Shown one piece after another: positions 1 through 14,034 of a DNA stretch of 64,000 nucleotides. A model generated the notes under the pieces. That model was given only the letters and a program-made list of their open reading frames with translations. It was not told the DNA's origin and did not search any database. This stretch comes from Azolla caroliniana. Its lineage: Eukaryota > Plantae > Polypodiophyta. The stretch lies in the NCBI GenBank assembly GCA_043228905.1, contig JBHGNT010000122.1, positions 10,754-74,753 of the forward strand. The letters are read 5' to 3'. How positions within the stretch are numbered: the first letter of the stretch is position 1; each line of letters starts with the position of its first letter. The translations under genes and the position numbers were made by a program.

Positions 1-3000
1 CATGCCAGATGCATCACTTCGCCCCGTTTCATCGTGATTCCCGCTCGAAATATGTGCACAACCTTGTTGCTTTGCTTGACATCAGGGGGGGGCACGTAAT
101 CTTCTTGACCACATATGCAGATATTGTCGCTTCGACATTGGGGCTGCATTAACCCACGTCGCCTCGCAAACCCTCACACCCACCCACATAATTTGCTCGA
201 GATGGGTTTGACCCGAGGGTGGGAAATACACATGTGCCCCCCCCTACATTATTTTCTCGAGTACCAGAAATGTTACCCCGCTTGTTAGGGGTAATTTTGT
301 GTACTTCTATGCAATCAATAATTGCATCAAGACCGATGTGTTGCTTGAAAGGTTGATCGATACTCCCTAATCATTTGCAAATTACACTATTCACCATTTA
401 TAATAAGTATAGTGTTAATAAATGTATTCAACTTCGTCACTAGTGTTTTTGTAATAATTACGAATTGTAATTTGTGTTCCTTAAAATTATTAAGCATTGG
501 TGGCATTAGTGTTACTCGTGATCATTGACATCATCATTAATAATAATAATATTATTATTATGACAAGTAGCATGGGGGTAGTGTTAATCATAATATGTAA
601 CGTTGCGGTTAGTGTGCTAATTAACATTTACCTTGGTATTAATTACAAAGATAAATTTTCCTTGATCACCTATATTTCCCTTTCCCCTTATGTAATTAAG
701 TGCAGCCTAGTAAATTTTAATTAATTAACCCCCAATTAAAGATGCATCCTACAAAAAGCGTCCTACTAATGCTTATTGCTCCTTGTGCACATCAATTGGT
801 TGAAAATCAAGCATCATGTTATGTTCCAAGTCAAATTCACTCATGCTATTTGATTACAAGCACGATCACATTGTCAAAAAATGCATACGATGATGTGCTC
901 TATGGTGTTAAAGTTGTTTGATAGTACACAATGGCTTGAAACATATGAACACATCGAAATTCATGTATTTACAATGTGTGTTGGGTCGACATCACTTGAG
1001 TAACATGTTAGACAACAAACATATTTATAAGATTAGAGAACTTCATCACTAATTATGTAGAACAATAAATATGACATTTCGTGACTCTATGTCAAATCAC
1101 ATGTTGCCTACACTTCCTATCGAATTAAAGAATATGTTGTAGAACACTGTTTGTTGTTGTTGTGTGGAAACAAGTGATCTTCATAATAGTCGCGGCGATT
1201 ATGATCAAGATACTCTAATGCAAACATTCATGACCCAATATATGTGTTAGATAGTAGACCCCTCTATGCATATATGGGAGTTGAACAACTATAGTCCAAC
1301 CATTTTGTTGGTTATTCAAGACAATCCTAACACCTACTAGCTTGACATTGTGATGGGTTTGTGCTTAATGCTTGCCCATTTTAACACAACTTCCACCCAA
1401 TTAATGCATAAACAAGCTTGAATTGTATTTCTTCCACTGATTTCATAAGCATCATTGATCATTTTAAATTGTATTATTTTTATTACAACCTTCACTAGAC
1501 AAATGTTTTTGTACAAATGATTGTTTTATGAGACATATGTATTCGTTCATATATTACTTACATTACAATGCATGCATTCGGAAGTTTTTGAAATGATACC
1601 CATGTACCCTTTTGTAAAACTATATCACAATAATGCATGCAACATTTATGTGGTGCATTGTATGCCACCTAACAAAGAAATCTATGAACATAAAGACGAC
1701 AATCATTCTTCTCGTTAACAATTCCAAACTCCTTAAGAAACAAAGAGAAAGCTAGTGCTTAATAATGGAAAATGTGAGTAGATGGTGTCTCCATATATTT
1801 CAATGTATTTAAGTTATGATTCTTATAAGTACAAATTGGATCAAAGGGGAACGATTATTCCAAACCGTCGTCTAAATAGAAATAGGAAAATCGCAATAAT
1901 ACTTCTACAAACCTTGGTTGCTAATATGTTATCACAAGCTTTAATGGTGTGGTAATCCATAAAAGAATGTTTTTTGTTTCTTGATAATATTAAAAGAAGT
2001 TGAGGCTAATAACAAATCACTAATGTTATGCTAAATGACTATTGTCCTTACATGGAAACCACAAAAGACAAATATATTTATCAATATCAAGTGGATGAAT
2101 ATTGTCGCAACACAATATAATTTAATTGAACAAAACGTGGAAAGGAAGTCCAAGTAACTACATGGTCTACTTATCTGACAACATCGACAAGAGATATTGA
2201 TTAGACAAATATTCTGGAATAATGGCGAGGACAAAACCAGAATTGTTGTTAACCTTCCTTGTATATGATAACTCTAAACTCTACAAAGATTAACAAGGTA
2301 GTTGTGTGTTTCTCAAATAAATAAGATCTTATTTGGCTATAACCCCAAACTCAAGTTCATAAGGTTGCAAAAAAGGTAACGCGAATACTAAATGTGAAGG
2401 AGATGTAAATAATTTGTGAATATTTGAGATTTGGGTTGTATAAATAACTTATCCATTTCACATTACTCCAAGCTACAACTATTTCTTGCTCAACAATTTT
2501 AATAGAATTACAAGACCACCACTCTTAAAAAGAAAGGAACAATCTTATACTAAAAGTTTGTAAATCTCTCTCATCTCCTAGTGCACTCGCATTTCAACGA
2601 CAATTAATATATACATACATTAAATATACTTCATTGATCATTCAGTTAAAAATAAAACAATATGTTAACTCTCATTCTTGGATCCTTATTTAAAGTAAGT
2701 TTGATGATTTGTCATGAAATTTGTAGGTGATGCACTTGGAAGATAGAATAATAGGATAAAGTCATCCTTGATGGAATCAATGGCAAATCAAGATGGAAAG
2801 TATACGTTTTTCTATTCAGCTAAGATTATATAGAATTGCAAGTTCATATCTACAAGGAAGTATGAGGTGATATGTCATTATAAAAAATAGTAGACTTACG
2901 AAAATTACATATAACTCTAGAGTCCAAGTCAATGTCGACATTCGCCATGAAATCAAGAAGTTTGATAATATTACTTGTGAAGAATCATAATTTTGCAAAC

Positions 3001-3699
3001 CAATATAGCAACAAAGCTCTGATCGTGATAACATTTGTTATTGTGCAATCTGCTAGTGACGAGAAAGTTCCACGCCATAGTACTATATTTGAGGAATTAT
3101 CTATGATTGCATGAACGTCGATGTCCATCCTTACACGTGATGCGCCCACAAAACCGGAAAATATGGATCTAAGATTCATAAGTGTTTTCTCGTGACAATT
3201 CATTTATTGTATTTTCTCGTACATAGTTTCTTTGGCTTTGAATGGTATTGTTTCAAATTATTAGAGACAATGTTCAATTTCCTTATTATTTTCTTTAAAT
3301 TTATTGAATTCCTTCTTCATTTTGACTATTCTACTAGTAGTTGCTCCACTACATCACTCTCTATCTCAAGTTTGTGTGTGCATTGTCTTCTTTAGAGTAC
3401 AACATTATCTTCAAACTCTTCTTCTCCTTTTGAAGCATGACAAATCGAACATGTGACACCAATCCATTTATCGAGAGTAATAACCATTACGTGCCATCTA
3501 TGTATGACCTTCTTAACATAATCCTACTATAGTAGAACCAATAGAAGTTAGTATGGAGTTTCTACCATATGTAGAGATTGGACAAATAGTGAGTTTAAGA
3601 CACACATGTTAGTTATACAACCAAGTTACCAACCATGAGATAATAGGATAGAGCAAATGTATTACCATCCATAATAATGCCAATTTGACCTATTGGTTC

Positions 3700-5560
3700 A
3701 AATTAACGTATCATATTGTATGTGACTCCTTCCTAAGAAGTGGTTATTACTCTTTAATATAAAAAATCTCAATGTGAAAAAATGCATGCACATATGTGTT
3801 CATCCTTCTTGGTGGACATTTGAATATGTCATTTGCATTATCATGCCCCTCTAACAAGTCTTCATATTTTTTGCAAATTACCTTATAGGTTGAGCATGTG
3901 ATAAGTAAATAATATTCACCCCCTGATAGGTTTTCGTTGCATACGTTACATATCTTTATATTTGAGAAATGATGGTATGATGGTACCTCAACACCTAAAT
4001 TGCGTGATCGAGTTTGATGAAGTGTTAAGGCTCTCGGAGAGCCAAGCCTCATGGGGGTAGTGAGATGAGATTCTTGGTGGACATTCGAGTGTCATGTACA
4101 TAATCATGCCCTTCTAACAAGTCATCATATTTCTCACAAATTACCTTATAGGTTGAGCACGTGATAAGCCAATGATATTCACCCTCCCCTAGGTTTTCAC
4201 TACATACCTTACATTATCTTATTTGAGTGATGATGGCATGATGCTACCTCAACACCTAATTTGTACGAGTGACTTTGAAGAAGTATTAAGGCTCTCAAAG
4301 AGCCAAGGCTCGTGAGGGTAGTGAGGTGACATTGGATATATTCTAACATGTTTACATTGAATTGGGGTCAATATTGGGGGTTACCATATGCATTGTAATA
4401 TTCCAAATTTGACACTTTAATTGTAACCTCAAATAATTTAACCTCGATGATCACGTACTTCATAGCATCACATGAGAGCTACAATAGATCCTTTACTCCC
4501 CATCTCTTTAATCGTTAAACAATGTGAAACACCCAACCATATGTGTTTGCTCTTATTAGTTGATTTACCTTGCATCCCATGTTCTAAGATTATTTTGGTA
4601 GTCTATGATCAAGCATTATTCATGACTTTTGTGATATATTTGTATACTCTTTGCATGGTTAGTACCTCTATGGGTTGAGTACCTGTTTCCAATAACATGA
4701 TAGGATAGGATGTTGGAGATTTTAACCCCCGATTGTCTAAATAAAAATGATTTTTAGGATTTTATCTATTTAATTCCATGCACTAAGCGAGATAGTGTCA
4801 CCCCACACTTCCATGCTATAAAGCAACACCACTCAAGACTACTATAACATTGAACAACATCAATTTCATTTCCCATCCTCAAGTATCACTCTGGTTGCAT
4901 TCATTCTCAACCATATAATAACTATTCTATCATGTTTTAAGCCTAGACCCATAACCGACATTCCACCTATTTGTTGTTGGGACATTAATACCAAGATATT
5001 TGAAAATTTGCACCACTTGTATTCGTTCTCCCTTATATGTAAAAGTGGGCTAGTGTCTATCACCTTCATTGCTATCATTTTTGTTTTGTTAACATTAATA
5101 ATTAGTCCAATACTTCAATTAAGTGTTTCATATCATTCGAATTATCGACCATAAAACAATATCATAGGCATATAAGAACATGAAAATAAGCTCATGCGTG
5201 AGTTTTGGGTCATCCAACATTTTTGCTTTTGCAACCTTGTTTACTATTTCTTCAAGTGAAAAGAGTTCCAAAGAGAGTGGGGCCCCTTGCTTGATCCCCA
5301 TGTTTCTCAAAAAGGACTTTGAGAAAGCACTACCCATATATAATGTTAGGGCTTTCTCATATTTATTTTTTGTGAGCTTAAATATTTCGAGATGAGCCAC
5401 GCCTTCTTCATCAAATTGACATATGAAACCAAAAACATTATATTTCACATAATACATGTGAAAGTGTAGGGACTCTTGATGTTCAATAACTTTACCAATG
5501 AATGTTCTGATTGAGAGTGCACGTTGTGATTGGGAGAGAAATTCATGCAAGGATTAGGTT
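3700..5560 (-). mobile_element. Degenerate RTE-like LINE fragments (RT and C-terminal Cys/His region), with an internal ~250 bp tandem duplication
   Basis: ORF 5128-5550 has GIKQGAPLS..LF and FLYAYDIV, matching GVKQGCPLSPTLF and LLYADDIV of the 46226-48568 ORF. ORF 3747-4052 has CNVCN..GEYYLLITCSTY, matching CRLCH..EDEYHFTCKCPTY. Many stops and frameshifts. Confidence 0.75.
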
Positions 5561-5930
5561 TGGTTGGAGATGAAAGTGGAAAGCATAATCAAATATGATC
5601 AAAGGCAAAGCATTGTACCAAAGTGTGATACCCAAACTCCCGAACTTGTTTCAAGCAAAGTGAGTATAGTCGTCGACCACTTGTGGCCCAATGCCCCATT
5701 TCACATTGTAATGTTTATGAGCTAAGTTGCACAAAAGCAATGGTTTAGATGATAAGCATTGGGATGGGCTCTAACATGTATGGATGTGTTCGAATATGGT
5801 TTTGTAATTAGGTGCAACATCTATAGTATTCAACAACCATTTGGATGTAGTTCCATCAAAGTCTATGTGAGGGACTCTTTTGAACCTTTAGAGAGAGAGA
5901 GAGAGAGAGAAAGAAAAAGAGAACTGAGAT

Positions 5931-6315
5931 GGACATAGCTCAGTTGGTAAGGTCGCCCAATGGAGACCAGGTGTTCATGGTTTCAACCCCTACATTCCAT
6001 AGTGGCATCTAGTGAAATAAGAGATATCATGGAGTAGTAAAGAGGTGAGAAAATTGGGTTTCGAACCCAAGATGTAGTGCTAGTAGTGTAAACAACTTAC
6101 CACTAGGGTAAGCTAATTACAACAAAAAAGAAAGGGTTATTGTTAGAGTTCCACAATGGAGACCACAAGTGGTCATAGGTTCAACCCCTACATTCCACAA
6201 TGGCATCTAGTGAAATAAGAGATACCTATGGAATAATAGAGAGGTGAGAAAATTGTGTTTCGACCCCAAGATGTTGTGTTAGTAGTGTAATGACTTACCA
6301 CTAGGGTAAGCTAGC
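5931..6315. repeat. tRNA-derived (SINE-like) repeat, two tandem ~195 bp units; a more diverged copy lies at ~7029-7205
   Basis: A-box-like TAGCTCAGTTGG at 5936 and B-box-like GGTTTCAACCC at 5979, ending TCCA at 5999. An opposite-strand CTAGTGGTAAG...GGTTCGAAACCC lies at 6056-6106. The unit repeats from ~6150. Confidence 0.5.
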
Positions 6316-9113
6316 TAATTACAATGAGATCGAGATCTATCTATATATCTATCTATCTTTGCCCAGATGGATAAATTAAGAAAAAAATATAGGTTGTGAT
6401 AGAGAGGCATGGAAGTTGAGCATTGAACCCAAGGCTTGGGATTGATGCTACAATATAAACCATTGGACCAAAATGTAGAGAGAGAATGAGAGATTATATG
6501 CGAATGTGTTAATTTAATTATCAATGATTAATATGGCAATGCAAATACAAAACTCCCAAGAACATCTAGGGCCATATACCGATATTGGAACCTAAAGAAG
6601 CATACATATTCAATAAATTGAATCACAATGTAAATACCTAGCCTTCAAGCTTACATTAAACTTGGTATTACAAGTGAAAAACAAGTTATCACTAGAATTG
6701 GAAGTAAAATATGATTGGCATAGGTAGATATATGGCGGAATTACATAAAAACTAGACCACCCTTGATCTCACTATTCTTCCTTGAATTTGGAGATGACTT
6801 TTGATGGTAGACATGGAATGGAGTAAACGCATACATTAGAATGTTGAAAAGCACACTTATGCAACGTATGTGGATGCTAGCTCATGTAGGGATTGTTTCT
6901 TGTTAAGTATTCCATTTTTTTGATGGGCTTGGGAAATGTCCCTCTACCTATGTAAGGAGGGGGGCAACAATACTATATTGTTTTTACATACAAATAATTT
7001 AACTATATGATTTACTAGAGAGTGTGTTATAGCTCAATTGATAAGGTTGTTTGATGAAGAAAAGAAGATTATGCATTCTACCCCTACATTCCACAATGGC
7101 ATCTAGTAAATCAATGAAAAAAATGCATGATGTAATATAGGGATGTGTAAAAATCAAACCTTAACCCTAAGGCCTTGTGTTGGTAGTATAACAATTTACC
7201 ATTAGAGAAGAGAGAGAATTAATCTCTAATTATGATAGAGGGAGAAATGAGATAATGAATACATGCCGCCCAAATGATTTAGATTGCATCATAAATCCAA
7301 CAAACTTCAAGTAGTTATACATATCCAAATCATTTTTAGGTTTTCGGGAGCTTGCATATATATATATATTTAAATCTATGGTACTTCAAAGTGTTTACTT
7401 TGAATCCAATTCGCTTACGAGGATTTAACTACATAAATCTAATTTATAACAATAAACTTAATAAAGAAACCTTTACTCTCGAATACAACTACAATAATTA
7501 AATGTCCATTGCAAGGACCATATCATGCAATCAGGTTAATGGCTATGAGAATAGCATCTTCACATGAATTGGAAGTGAACGCCTAATCAAATAGCAAAAA
7601 ATAATGCATGTGAAATAGAAAAAAAAGCTAGGAACAATAGGATTACCGAACTTCAGGTTATTTTTAACTACATTCATCTTTATTTGTGAAGCTTATCGAA
7701 GGGTTGATAAGAAATCATCAGCTTGGTCTTTTTAAGTTCTTGAACACGCATTGCAAATTTCATAGGTTGGCACATTAAACACTCATTATACCACCATAAT
7801 TTGGATTAAGTTTGTCATACCATCAATAATTCTTTGGCTTAGCATATATAGGTTTTAACACATGAAAGTAGATGAGATGTGACTACAATTATTTCCAAAA
7901 CATAGGAATAAACAAAGCAACTTCAGTCATTTACTTCTAGGCTTGCACATAATGACCTAGAATGAATTGAGATGAGCCAACCACTCATTTCTGAAACATA
8001 AGAATGGACAAAGTGATACGTTAGTTTACATATAGGCTTCTCGCACATACCTCCAATGAAAAGTACTTTCCTGTCAAAGAGTATGTAAACCAAGTTCATA
8101 TATTTGGAATCCATAGCTACTAATGCTATACAACTCAATCAATAAACATATACTTTATCCCTGTTGATAGTCTTTCAGTAAACATCACATCATACTTACC
8201 AGAAAATATATAATTTATTAATTTTGATACTATTTCACTAAGTATTGTATCATACTTGCGAAACCAGGAAATATATGCTTTATTAATTTTGATACTATTT
8301 CACTAAGTATTATATCATACTTACCAGGAAATATACACTTTTACATTAAGCGCTGTGTACTTGCCAACAAAATCTCCATTATATTGCATTCTTATTTGTT
8401 ACAAAAAAAACAAAGGAAAAAATGCATCAAATCAATTTAGGGTTTTCCAAATTACAAACTCCCTTAGATTATTAATCCTTCTTAACAATGTTTGTAGTTT
8501 GGTTATCAAAGCACCAAACCTGATTTGTATATATAAACTCAATTTGGATATTACATAATGTAAGGAGACTACACAAAAGTCTATCGATGTACCTGGAAAA
8601 GATAATTGATCCAATGCTGTAGTAGAAAACTAAAAAAGAGTCCATCTACCACTCACTTTCATGTACACCAAACTTGAAGCTTCTACAACAAAGAATTTGA
8701 ACACTCTCGATGACTTTTGAGAGAATACCAGGTAAGTTGTGTTTTAAAAATACGATTCCGTTTCTACATAATATAATCTCATGTGTGGATAGTTTCCCCC
8801 AGGATGTTTTATGAGCTACTTTGTAGTAAGAAGAGTGCTTTGCCTTTATTACGAGACAAATTCACACATTGGTCTTTTTTTCTTATCAATCTAACGTTTG
8901 GACAGGTTTGTAGTGATGAGTTAGGTGGAACAAGGGAGCACTTGAAGTCACCTCCACTTTTATCCGGAACATCCCTTCTCATTTCATAGAGAAAGTGCCA
9001 AAAATAATAATCATGTGCTTATTTTAGAAGCAGATTTGAGGATCTCTTCTCTGTAACACCTTCTTGGCCTCAACAAAAACCAGAATAAGCTCTGAATAAA
9101 AATACATGAGTAA

Positions 9114-12100
9114 TCAAAAGAGAATCGACTTCATAATGAGTAGAAAGATCATGAAGATACAAAGGCAGATGAGAATCATCACACATAGCACCATGCCCCC
9201 TTGCTTTTGGGTTCTTTCCGCCTGTATAGACCCACACAAATTTTATACGTTAATTTATACAAAGTTTTTTTAAGTTTAGTCCTTCAATGAACTATTAATC
9301 ATCTCAATATATTGGATGCAAATTACTACAAAGTCTCAGTTTCAACCCTACACAGTCTACAATATTTGGATGTAAGTTACTGCCAATGACTTTTAAGTTT
9401 GATCTATTAAATGGCCTCAATTGAGGATAGTAATTAATGAGGACTTGAAGTTTTGATGCTACATGATCTATTAGTATAATCAATTTTTTGATGTTAATTA
9501 ATTTGAGGCTTTTTAGTTTAGAATCCTATATGATTGAAAATAATAGACTCTTTGTAGCTTAGAGCTTTTAAAAATGGAAAACAATTTTTTACCCTTTCCA
9601 ATTGCTTCACTCCTTGTTCAACTGATGATGCAACATTTTGTATATTGTAGTCTATACGATCAACGATTGTTCCCTAGAAGTAGCACCAAAAATACAATAA
9701 GATAATTCATTTTAGAGAAATTGTATTCAGCAAAAACATAAATTTACTACCTGGTCTATCACCAACACAGATAAGTCTTTCATAATCTGTGCTAAATCAT
9801 TCACTGACTCCACTATCTGTCTCACAAAATAAAAGATGCAACAAAACATCAATATTATAATTCAGTGTCATACATACCATTGGGTGTTGAAGAGAGATCA
9901 CAGTTTTGAGAGGGACGTAACTTTTTAACATAAAAAAATGATATGCATGCAACATTGTCTGACTATGAGAAATAACGAACTAATAAGAGACACAGAGAGA
10001 GACTTGTACACGATGGCAAAATGTAAGGTACCTGAATGATTTCCTTTTCTCGTTCAGCTGCTTGAGTATCCAGCCTTTTCACTTGGGACAAGTGTTGCCT
10101 GCTCTCAAACCTCTGTTCCTATATCATCACAAAGATGTCAAAATACAACCCAGAAACTGAAAGATCTATCATATTGGTAAGGAAAAAATTTATGCTTATT
10201 TTTGTAAAAAGAGCATTTGAATCCTACCTGTATTCTATAGTGTATGAAAGTAAGATATTTAAAACACAAAACAGAAACTGAAGCTAAAATTTTATCGCCT
10301 ATGCAATCATAAAGTAGTTCCCATCTCATGCCAACTTTTCTCTTATCAGTTGCAATGAGGATTTTAACATTATTCTGTAACAATATTGTAATTTGTAATC
10401 ATTTAACATCAAACGAAAAAATTACAACAAATTAGAAATATCTCCATGAGAAGATAACAGATATTAGATAGTTCTGGGCAGTATATGATTGATGCTTCCA
10501 GTTTCCAGCAGCAATCTGTTGTTGTGTGCAAGTATTTATTATGCAATCACGATATTCTAACCAAGTTTTGTTCTCTTACACTAGAAAAGTAACACCAGGA
10601 GCTCTGAAGCATCATATGCCTTTAGGATATTCTCCTATTCCAACACGGATTGGTACCATTTTTACTATAGGCAGTTAAATTCTTGTGCAATTATTAAGCT
10701 TGTCACACTAATAAAATATGCTCTTCTAACAGTATACCTATTATATGCCAGAGAATCAAGTGGAATCATACCAAATCGTCATTGTCATCAATGAGGATAG
10801 ATCTATGACCGTTCAAATCTACACCCAGGTCAGCTCCTGATGGAGTCTGCAAAGAAACCTCTGATTCAAAGATCACATACCCAACATATAAATACAACGG
10901 ACTAGTAGACAACCAAAAATAGAGCAAGGATATACATCTTGTTGTTGTCGCAATCTTTCCAAGTACCCCTTCTGTTGTTTCCGAAACTCCATGGACAAAG
11001 ATTGGAGATTAGTTGCTAAAGACCTCTGTTAGTAAACAAACTTGTAGATGTAAGGAATAAGAATATTTACGAAAGAAAAAGAAAAAGGCAGACAAGGGTC
11101 TGATCCTCACCTGAACATTTTTCCTTAGGTTTGCATCTTCACCAGTGTCAGACCCAACAGATAACCGCTGAAGATTTTTTTCGCACTTCTTCAACTGAGT
11201 TGTGATTTCTCGGGTCAGTGATTCTATCATCTGCTGCTCCCCCTTGTTGTCACCAAAGATGGGCCTTAATGCCTTTGCATGGGCCTTCACCAACTCGTTC
11301 ATTCTCGTGCGGGCTCTTTGCATGTCATCTGATATCTCTTCTGAGATGTCCACCCATGCAGGTGGCAAACCCACTGTGACAGCTCCTGCCCTACACCGAT
11401 TGTATTTTTCAAAAACATAAAATAAGATATGGTATATGATCTAACAAAACTCTTGATCATGTGCTAAAAGCTCCAGTTGCATTCCCATTAAAGCATATTG
11501 GAATGCATATTCCATGTTCAATGCATATACTGTTATCTTTTTGCCGTGTCTTGAGGATAGTGGAAACATGTGTTTGGTTTGGTATAAGAATTATGATTCA
11601 CAAGCCAATGACTACTCAAAATGTTCAAATACAGCTCATCTATCAAAGAATTCAGTGTTTCCCTGTTTTTAAGCAGCGAAATTTAGAGCCACATTCCACT
11701 ATAATTTATTGGATTTAAATAATTCTACTAAATCATTAGACACTCTTTAAAAAAAATCATGTCTCCACAAGTCTTGATGTTGAGATGCCAGCTGTGAAAC
11801 TTGCTTACCCTAGGGCCTTAACACACAAATGTTTACCGTAATGCAGATCTCTAAGGAATCACTTGGAAACAGTTGTAACTGCTTCCTTTGTCGTTCAAAT
11901 CTTGCAGCTCCTGATGACTCCATAGGTCTTCAACAATTTAGCTTCTTTCACTGCACCTCGACCACCTGGACAAGCCAGACAGGACTATTTTATCCTTTTC
12001 TAACTGTCAATTGTCCTCACTTCGTCCACCTTCCAGTAGAGAAAACTGAACCTTATTGCAATCACAGCGACTTTGAGTGCATTTCTGTTAAATAGACACT

Positions 12101-14034
12101 CCCCTTTTCCTCCTTTTATGTGTCAATAATCCAAACACTACACATTTTGTTTCTTTTAAATGTTGATCATCTGAACTCCAAACAGAACACCTAACCTGTT
12201 TTGAGCTTCTTTGAGTGCATTTCTGTCGAGTAGATAGCTCCCTTTTCCTCCTTTTACATGTCAATAATCCAAACACTACACATTTTGTTTCTTTTAAATT
12301 TTGATCATCTGAACTCCAAACAGAACACCTAACCTGAACTTTTATACACGTGCCTCAGTGCTTTGGTGTTGAACCATTATTTATATCTCCCCTTCAATCA
12401 ATCCAATGGGTTAACTCATTGTGTGAGTCTGAGTCAGCTTGTGTTGGAGTCCTCCCTTACAGATTGCCAAGTCTCACTCAGCCATCTACAAGACATGCTA
12501 ATCCTAAGGAGCATTTTCAAAGTCAGATGTGACATCATCTCTCTTCAATCAGATCTGGCTTTCATTCTATTGAGCCATGAAAAGCCAAAACTTATTGAGT
12601 CTCCAGCTCCCAATGAACTCATCAAAGTAGGGCCAAAAACTTGCATTCATAATCAATGGACTCTTCTCGAAATTGACTCATAGGCTGTAGATGTCCCTGC
12701 TTTGGGCTTGTTTTAATAATTGACTCATAGGCTGTAGATGTCCTTGCTTCAGGCTTGTTTTAGAAATTGGCTAGCTGGCTATTGTAACAACTAACTCCTG
12801 CGAGCGTAAATTCTCTAGTACTCATATACCAAACATGTGTATGAAGAGAAGGATCCCAAAGCAATCAAGCCTAGGTTGTTTATCATATGTTGATACCTAC
12901 ATTGTTGCTTTCAAGGTGCTCCCCTTGTGAGCATTCAGAAGTATGGGTTTTTCAGAAAAAAGAGAACTGTGTCTGAGTTTTCATCACTGTGACAACTCCT
13001 ATTAAATTGCAACCCAATTCCTATCAGCCTCAAACACACTAATGTGACAAGCTATATTTAAAGAGAAATTCCCTAGATGAGGAAATTACAATCTTCTAGC
13101 ATAGACAAATGTATAATTGACCATTATAGTGTTTACAATATTGACATTTTTAAAATGTTACGGGACTTGGTACAGGCAACCTCAATTTGACTCACTGACC
13201 ACAGAAGATCAAATCATCTATGAAGCATCATGATCCTCTCAGATAAAAATATAGACCTTTTGAGTCTTATACCAATTCCTCTACATCAATCACAGCACTC
13301 CTTGTGTGACAAACTTGTGAGAGCAGAATTCTGTTGATGAGAAAATTAAAATATTCTAATGAACACAGATATGGACAGTTAATGTATATGCAACATTGAA
13401 CATTCAAATGTTGGCAGTTCAGTAAAACTGGTTGAATCTTGATTTGGATCTCAATGATCATAAAGGACATATAATGCATGAAGATCCTCTAAACATAGAG
13501 AGTGATGGAGAGTATAGATCTACTGCATCTCAACACAATTCAAACATACAGAGAGAGAGAGAGAGAGAGTATACATTGATTGAATCTTCTCGATTCCTAG
13601 CCTCCAAACATTACGTGAGTGTAGTCACAGTGTTTATCAACAATTAACATATTTGCAAGATCGAAAAATTCTACCATTCTTAGATTGGTGATCACATATT
13701 ATCTAAAAGGCATGAAAATCATCAAATTGAGTAAGGAAGAGGGAAAGACTATAAAATTACAGAGAAATAGCAAAATAAACAATAGTGGTGAAGAGAGAGA
13801 GGGGGGGGAGAAAAAGGTATAGAACTCATACTGAGGATTGTCCATGTCCACCCCACTAACAATGCTATAGCCCGTCTTCTGGTTCATGAAAGGAGCAGTG
13901 GCAAGTTCAATGACGGGTCCTGATGAAGAAGGCATAACTGATGATGATAATGATGGTGGATCAGATGAGAGTCGAACTTGGCGTAATGCATCTCTATACT
14001 TTCTGAAAACTGCAGTTCGATTCCTAGACGCCAT
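9114..14034 (-). CDS. SYP4: Syntaxin of plants 4 family (SYP41/42/43-like, Tlg2/syntaxin-16) Qa-SNARE, 8 exons
   Basis: Exons read with GT-AG boundaries: 14034-13832, 11390-11111, 11025-10936, 10846-10772, 10112-10032, 9816-9751, 9673-9593, 9221-9114. Motifs: MASRNRTAVFRKYRDAL, VGLPPAWVD, SNARE motif IVESVNDLAQIMKDLSVLVIDQGTIVDRIDYNI and a C-terminal transmembrane segment. Confidence 0.93.
12071..12336. repeat. ~138 bp tandem duplication in SYP4 intron 1
   Basis: The block CTTTGAGTGCATTTCTG...CAGAACACCTAACCTG occurs at ~12071 and again at ~12209. Confidence 0.85.

Noticed and set aside
780-3500. Possible decayed DNA transposase (Mutator-like); similar sequence at ~15900-18140 with a WCKCPNF SWIM-like trace
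   Set aside because: No ORF, TIR or TSD could be established, and the motif traces are too short to support a call.
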